From positions 9,983 through 73,982 of the forward strand of contig CAJWAA010000008.1 in NCBI GenBank assembly GCA_913020295.1: a stretch of 64,000 nt of DNA, written 5' to 3'. Both the position numbers and the translations under genes were made by a program. The DNA comes from an uncultured Flavobacteriaceae bacterium (GTDB lineage Bacteria > Bacteroidota > Bacteroidia > Flavobacteriales > Flavobacteriaceae). The notes below the pieces were generated by a model that was not told the DNA's origin, searched no databases, and was given only the letters and a program-made list of their open reading frames with translations. This document shows positions 59,249 through 64,000 of the stretch, one piece after another. How positions within the stretch are numbered: position 1 is the stretch's first letter; each line of letters opens with the position of its first letter.

Positions 59249-61093
59249 ATGAAAAAAAACCGAGTCAAAACACTCCTGTGTCTTTTTTTTGCGATTTGTG
59301 GGATCAAAGCCCAAAAAAAAGTAGAGATTGACTCTTTTCAAACGCAAAAACTCGATGAAGTAGTCCTTTCTTCAAACCGTTTGGAAACCCCATTACGTCA
59401 AAACTCCAAGACTATACAAATCCTTAATTCAGACCAAATCCGTCAAAGTGGAGTCACCCACGTTGTAGACCTGTTGCAACAAATTGCAGGAGTAGACATT
59501 AAAAGAAGGGGAGCAGGATCAACTCAAGCTGATCTCAACATTCGGGGTGGAACTTTTGACCAAACCCTTTTGCTTATTGACGGAATCAAATTAGACGATG
59601 CCCAAACCGGACACCATACCCTAAATTTTCTCCCACCTCCTCAAATGGTTGAACGAATCGAAATTATCAAAGGCCCTGCTGCCAGAGTATATGGCCAAAA
59701 TGCTTTTACAGGTGCCATAAATATAGTAACCAAAAAAGAGATCCCTAAAACATTGACCCTGAATTTGCAACAGGGTAATTATGATCAAACAAATGGTTCG
59801 ATTTTTTTGGGAAAGCCAGGTGAAAAAACTAGTGTTATGGGATTTTTTTCCAGAAATACCTCAGACGGCTACCGTTACAACACCGACTACAACCAAACTC
59901 AATATTTTATTAAATCCACCTTTAACCGGCATAAAACCCCGCTAGATCTTATTGCTACCTTTTCGGGACGAAATTTTGGAGCCAATGGTTTTTATGCCAC
60001 TCCTTCGGCAAAGGAACAATACGAGGAAACTCAGGCTAGCCTCATTTCATTGTCACAAAGACGAAAGAAAGGAGCCTGGATATTCAAACCTAAAGTTTAT
60101 TGGCGTAGGGGACAGGACATGTATGAATACATCCGAAATAAACCTGAAATATACCGTAATCTCCATCTCACCAATAAAATAGGGACAGCTTTTGACACTT
60201 CTGTAGCTTCGAATTGGGGATTTACGGGAGTCGGAGTTGACATCTCCAAGGTCAGTATCCGTAGTAATAATCTGGGTGATCGAAGTCGAACCATGATGAA
60301 TTTCTTTTTAGAACATAGATTCTATCTGTTCAATAAAAGTGTAGATATTACCCCTGGCTTGGTTGCAAACTATTTCTCTGACTTTGGAAGTTATAGTTTT
60401 CCTGGTATCGACATAGGTTGGCAAATCAGCCCTAAGTTTCGCCTTTATGCAAACTCAGGGGTTACCTTTCGCATCCCGACATTTACTGATCTTTATTATT
60501 CAGACAGAACCACTTTAGGTAATGCCAATTTAAAACCCGAAGAAGCTAACTCTAATGAATTAGGGATACGCCTTTTTAACCCCAAAGTTTCTCTCTCTTT
60601 GGCCTTTTTTAGTCGTAAGGCCATAAACCTAATAGACTATGTCAAAAACAACCAGGATGAGACTATTCCCTTTAAGGCAGAAAACATACAGCAGGTTAAC
60701 ACCAGTGGAATCGATTTTGAGTTCATACACCTTATTCCTATCAACACCCTAATTCACGAGTTCAAGATCAGTTATTCCTATCTGGAAAACAACTTGAAAA
60801 ATAGTGGCTTTAATCTTTCCCGATATTCTATCAATAATGACTTAAAACATCATTTTGTGTCTAACTATTACCTGCCGATTAATAAAAATTTCAACACCTT
60901 CTTTGTATACAAATACGTGGAAAGAACCTCTGGTGATGCCTACTCAGTGATTGATGTTTCTGCACAATGGACAATCAGTCGATGTCAAATTAGCATTTAT
61001 TTTAACAATATTTTTAACACGGAGTATTGGGAATCTAATTTGGTTCCTATGCCCAAAGGTAACGGACTTTTGGGACTGAGTTATTCTTTTTGA
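59249..61093 (+). CDS. TonB-dependent receptor (small, BtuB/CirA-size class)
   Basis: The ATG at 59249 (MKKNRVKTLLCLFFAICGIKAQ signal) is preferred over the TTG at 59243. Plug motifs (DEVVLSSNR, IRGGTFDQTLLLIDGIKLDD, IEIIKGPAARVYGQNAFTGAINI). The barrel ends in ...LSYSF. Confidence 0.82.
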   Translation: MKKNRVKTLLCLFFAICGIKAQKKVEIDSFQTQKLDEVVLSSNRLETPLRQNSKTIQILNSDQIRQSGVTHVVDLLQQIAGVDIKRRGAGSTQADLNIRGGTFDQTLLLIDGIKLDDAQTGHHTLNFLPPPQMVERIEIIKGPAARVYGQNAFTGAINIVTKKEIPKTLTLNLQQGNYDQTNGSIFLGKPGEKTSVMGFFSRNTSDGYRYNTDYNQTQYFIKSTFNRHKTPLDLIATFSGRNFGANGFYATPSAKEQYEETQASLISLSQRRKKGAWIFKPKVYWRRGQDMYEYIRNKPEIYRNLHLTNKIGTAFDTSVASNWGFTGVGVDISKVSIRSNNLGDRSRTMMNFFLEHRFYLFNKSVDITPGLVANYFSDFGSYSFPGIDIGWQISPKFRLYANSGVTFRIPTFTDLYYSDRTTLGNANLKPEEANSNELGIRLFNPKVSLSLAFFSRKAINLIDYVKNNQDETIPFKAENIQQVNTSGIDFEFIHLIPINTLIHEFKISYSYLENNLKNSGFNLSRYSINNDLKHHFVSNYYLPINKNFNTFFVYKYVERTSGDAYSVIDVSAQWTISRCQISIYFNNIFNTEYWESNLVPMPKGNGLLGLSYSF

Positions 61094-61560
61094 TGTTCCA
61101 GTCTTAGGATATTTTCCATAATCAGATCTGTTTCCCAGCCTCTGTAATGCATGGCATTCCAAACCTTTTTCTTTTTAACTGCTAGTGGGCGATATTGATG
61201 GGCATTCCAAACTTTTTCTGCTAGAACTTGACCACATTCCCAATAAGCTTTATCAGAAATTTCTTTCATTGCATTTTTGATGTTCCAGTCAGAGATATCT
61301 CGTTGTTTTAGTTCCCTGACCAGTCGTCTTTTCCCCCATTTTTTGATGTTGAATTTTCCATGGATAAATTGTTCTGCAAAGCGCGTCTCGTTTAGATAAT
61401 TTTGCTCTATTAAATGAGAAATAATAGTATCAATTTGTGTTCCGAACACACCCAGTTCATTTAGTTTTTTTGATACTTCTTGATGGCAACGCTCTTGATA
61501 GGCACAATAATATTCTAATTTCTTCTGGATTTCAATTAAGAGAATTACTTCATTTGGCAT
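61081..61560 (-). CDS. recX: Regulatory protein RecX
   Basis: 159 aa. KKLEYYCAYQERCHQEVSKKL and a repeated helical module typical of RecX. Confidence 0.78.
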   Translation of the reverse strand: MPNEVILLIEIQKKLEYYCAYQERCHQEVSKKLNELGVFGTQIDTIISHLIEQNYLNETRFAEQFIHGKFNIKKWGKRRLVRELKQRDISDWNIKNAMKEISDKAYWECGQVLAEKVWNAHQYRPLAVKKKKVWNAMHYRGWETDLIMENILRLEHQKE

Positions 61561-61747
61561 AGTTAAAATTACTAAGTTTTAAAGCTTCAAAAAAATTGCT
61601 TGTGCTTATTTCACTCAATTAAAATCTCCAATCTTAAATTATAGTTAAAGGTGATTAAAAAATAAAAAGAGGTAATATAACTAAAGGATCAAATATTGTA
61701 AGCCGGCAAATAAGAGAAATTACAAATAGCCAGTACAATAAAGGCAT

Positions 61748-61776
61748 AAAAAAACCGCCCTGATCTCAAGGCGGTT
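61748..61776 (-). terminator. Rho-independent terminator downstream of rng (accgcc-N10-ggcggt plus a U-run on the minus strand)
   Basis: GC-rich 6-7 bp stem. The 7-A run on the plus strand gives Us on the minus-strand RNA. It begins 6 nt after the rng stop. Confidence 0.75.
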
Positions 61777-61781
61777 TTCGG

Positions 61782-63341
61782 TTATTTGGTTCGGAGTAGT
61801 CTTCTGTTTTGATCCAAAAAACGAAACTCCAAATAACGATAAGCATCACGGGTTACAATATGCACCCACTTTTTGTGTTTAAGATACCAGTTGGCCCGGA
61901 TGGAGGGGAAACCGCTGGTTAGGTAGGCAGCGACAAAAGGGTGAAGATGCAAATGCAACTTTTTCCTTTTGTTGTGCCTGTGCTTGACAATTTTGTCAAG
62001 TTCTGCGTTGATTTTGTCTATTAGAACAATGGGAGCCTCAACCTCACCATTTTTGTTGGGATTGGGCTCTCGTGTCTTAATACTCATCTCCTGACGGACG
62101 CGTTGGCGGGTAATTTGGATCAATCCAAATCGTGAAGGAGGCAGAATTTTGTGTTTAGTTCTGTCACTTTCCATTTCCTTTCGAAGATGTTCAAATAATT
62201 TTGTTCGATTTTCGTTGGTATTGAGGTCGATGAAATCAACAACAATAATCCCTCCCATATCTCTCAACCTTAATTGTCTTGCAATTTCACTAGCAGCGAT
62301 CAAATTTACTTCCAAGGCAGTTTGTTCTTGAGATTTGGCCTTGTTAGATCTGTTGCCACTATTCACGTCTATTACATGCAATGCCTCGGTGTGTTCTATG
62401 ACCAAGTAGGCACCTTTCTGCATGGATACCGTTTTACCAAATGAGGTTTTGATTTGCCTTTCAACTCCAAAATGATCGAAAATGGGTATTGATTTGTTTT
62501 TGAAATACTTTACAATGGACGCTTTGTCCGGAGCAATGGTTTCTAAATAATCTTTGATTTCTGACTGCATTTCGGGGTCATCTACGTGGATGCCCGAAAA
62601 ATCATTGTCAAAAATGTCTCTCAAGATAGAGGAGGATCTATTTATTTCACTGAGAATTTTGGTGGGGTATTGATCCACTTTTACAAATTTCTCACACAAG
62701 TTTTTCCATCGGCCCAATAATTGATGTAAATCTGCGTCCAGTTCTTTGACTTTTTGGTCTTTGGCTACCGTTCTAATAATGACACCGAAGCCTTTTGGCC
62801 TGATGCTTTTGACGAGTTTTTTTAACCGACTTTTTTCAGCGTTACTTTCAATTTTTTGGGAAATAGAAATGCGATCCGAAAAGGGAATGAGTACCATGAA
62901 CCTTCCAGCGAGAGACAATTCAGAGCTAACTCTTGGTCCCTTTGTCGAAATGGGCTCCTTAACTATTTGAACAAGGATCTGTTGTTGGGGTTTTAGATAG
63001 TCTTGTATAGATCCGTCCTTAGGTATTTCTTTTTCAAAACGAAAATTCTTTAAAGAATAATTTTTGGTTCTACCTGAGCTTACCAGTTTAAAAAATTTTA
63101 ATAAAGTAGTGAGGTTAGGTCCTAAATCATGATAGTGTAAAAAACCATCTTTTTCGTGGCCTACGCCAACAAAAGCTGCATTTAGACCGGAAATAGGTTT
63201 TCTTATCCTGGCTGCATAAATGTCGCCAACAGAAAACTTATTATTATCTACTTCTTTATTGAGCTCAATTAATTTTCCATCCTTGAGCAGTGCAAAATCA
63301 ACAGCAGAGGAATTCGATCGTATTATCAGTTCTTTATTCAC
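61782..63341 (-). CDS. rng: Ribonuclease E/G family protein (RNase G)
   Basis: S1 domain VGDIYAARIRKPISGLNAAFVGVGHEKDGFLH and catalytic region VIDVNSG...DMGGIIVVDFID. The GTG at 63341 (MNKELIIRSNSS...) is preferred over the tracked ATG at 63434, whose extension spans two leader hairpins. Confidence 0.85.
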   Translation of the reverse strand: MNKELIIRSNSSAVDFALLKDGKLIELNKEVDNNKFSVGDIYAARIRKPISGLNAAFVGVGHEKDGFLHYHDLGPNLTTLLKFFKLVSSGRTKNYSLKNFRFEKEIPKDGSIQDYLKPQQQILVQIVKEPISTKGPRVSSELSLAGRFMVLIPFSDRISISQKIESNAEKSRLKKLVKSIRPKGFGVIIRTVAKDQKVKELDADLHQLLGRWKNLCEKFVKVDQYPTKILSEINRSSSILRDIFDNDFSGIHVDDPEMQSEIKDYLETIAPDKASIVKYFKNKSIPIFDHFGVERQIKTSFGKTVSMQKGAYLVIEHTEALHVIDVNSGNRSNKAKSQEQTALEVNLIAASEIARQLRLRDMGGIIVVDFIDLNTNENRTKLFEHLRKEMESDRTKHKILPPSRFGLIQITRQRVRQEMSIKTREPNPNKNGEVEAPIVLIDKINAELDKIVKHRHNKRKKLHLHLHPFVAAYLTSGFPSIRANWYLKHKKWVHIVTRDAYRYLEFRFLDQNRRLLRTK

Positions 63342-63478
63342 TCTGTTGAATTTAGATACGACACCTTTTTTTGTGTCGATGTTAAACAATAAATATTCAG
63401 GATTTTCCTGGTGATACCGACAGGGCGGTATCAAATTTCAATGAACTTCGGATAAATTTTTAAGTGAATTTCCAAACA

Positions 63479-63568
63479 CTATTTTTTCTTGTGGCGGTTC
63501 GCTCTTCGACGCTTTTTTCTTTTGTGCGTGGCTACCTTATGCCGCTTTCTTTTTTTACCACTTGGCAT
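63479..63568 (-). CDS. Very small, highly basic protein, probable 30S ribosomal protein bS22
   Basis: A 29-codon ORF not in the track, reading MPSGKKRKRHKVATHKRKKRRRANRHKKK*. ATG start and TAG stop, lying between the HU and rng genes on the same strand. Its Lys/Arg/His composition and length match my recollection of the bS22 family. Confidence 0.6.
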   Translation of the reverse strand: MPSGKKRKRHKVATHKRKKRRRANRHKKK

Positions 63569-63603
63569 TGTTTGACTTTAAGTTAGAATTCATAAATAAT
63601 TTT

Positions 63604-63894
63604 TTAAGCAACTTCTACCTTCGATTTTACGCCATTGGTGAAAGTTTTTGCAGGTTTGAAGGCAGGAATATTGTGTGCCGGTATTCTAACAGCTACATTT
63701 TTTGAAATATTTCTACCTGTTTTCTCAGCTCTGGTTTTGATAATAAAGCTTCCAAAACCCCGCAAATAGACATTCTCACCACTTTCTAAAGAATTTTTAA
63801 TCTCTTTCATGAAGTTCTCCACAGTGGCTTGAACATCTGTTTTGTCAATCCCCAGCTGATCGGATATATTGTTTACTATATCAGCTTTTGTCAT
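63604..63894 (-). CDS. hup: HU family DNA-binding protein
   Basis: 96 aa. MTKADIVNNISDQLGI...VYLRGFGSFIIKTRAEKTGRN...IPAHNIPAFKPAK is the canonical HU/IHF fold pattern. Confidence 0.9.
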   Translation of the reverse strand: MTKADIVNNISDQLGIDKTDVQATVENFMKEIKNSLESGENVYLRGFGSFIIKTRAEKTGRNISKNVAVRIPAHNIPAFKPAKTFTNGVKSKVEVA

Positions 63895-63934
63895 AATTTT
63901 TATTGTGTATTACTATTAATAGTTTAGAGGCTTG

Positions 63935-63942
63935 CAAATATA
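63935..63942 (-). promoter_or_regulatory. -7 promoter box TATATTTG upstream of the HU gene
   Basis: Exact TAnnTTTG match on the minus strand, about 40 nt upstream of the HU ATG. Confidence 0.4.
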
Positions 63943-64000
63943 AAAATTAAAATTATAATTCATTCAGTCTTACCTTTTTATCTTTACAGATGCTTTTTCC

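Overview
Gene-dense, AT-rich chromosomal segment that looks like a marine Flavobacteriia (Bacteroidota) genome. Supporting signs are several TAnnTTTG -7 promoter boxes, four TonB-dependent receptors, atpD-atpC separated from the rest of the atp genes, and a tiny bS22-like ribosomal protein gene. About three quarters of the window (17.8-64 kb) is recognisable housekeeping: ribE, pdxA, yceD-rpmF-fabH-accB-accC, asd, alr, tdk, rsmI, recJ, pgi, uvrC, lspA, ileS, recO, gdhA, radA, panDC, atpDC, recX, rng and HU. The left ~16 kb is more accessory. It holds a BNR/Asp-box protein, a small beta-barrel protein, two lipoproteins (one 695 aa with a C-terminal blue-copper domain), two sulfatases, PCD, NIPSNAP, a decayed CDGSH gene, a TonB-dependent receptor and a GT2+GT39 pair. 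I saw no rRNA, tRNA, CRISPR array, transposase, integrase or obvious defence system, and I cannot point to a convincing large novel system. The most interesting items are small. First, a micro-locus upstream of the GT2/GT39 operon with a promoter box, a 12-nt anti-SD complement, a 20-codon ORF and a terminator. Second, the surface lipoprotein with an amicyanin-like copper site. Third, an untracked 29-aa bS22-like gene. Fourth, a CDGSH pseudogene. Fifth, a sulfatase with a non-canonical C-S-V-A-R maturation motif. All product calls come from motif and family recognition by eye, with no database search.
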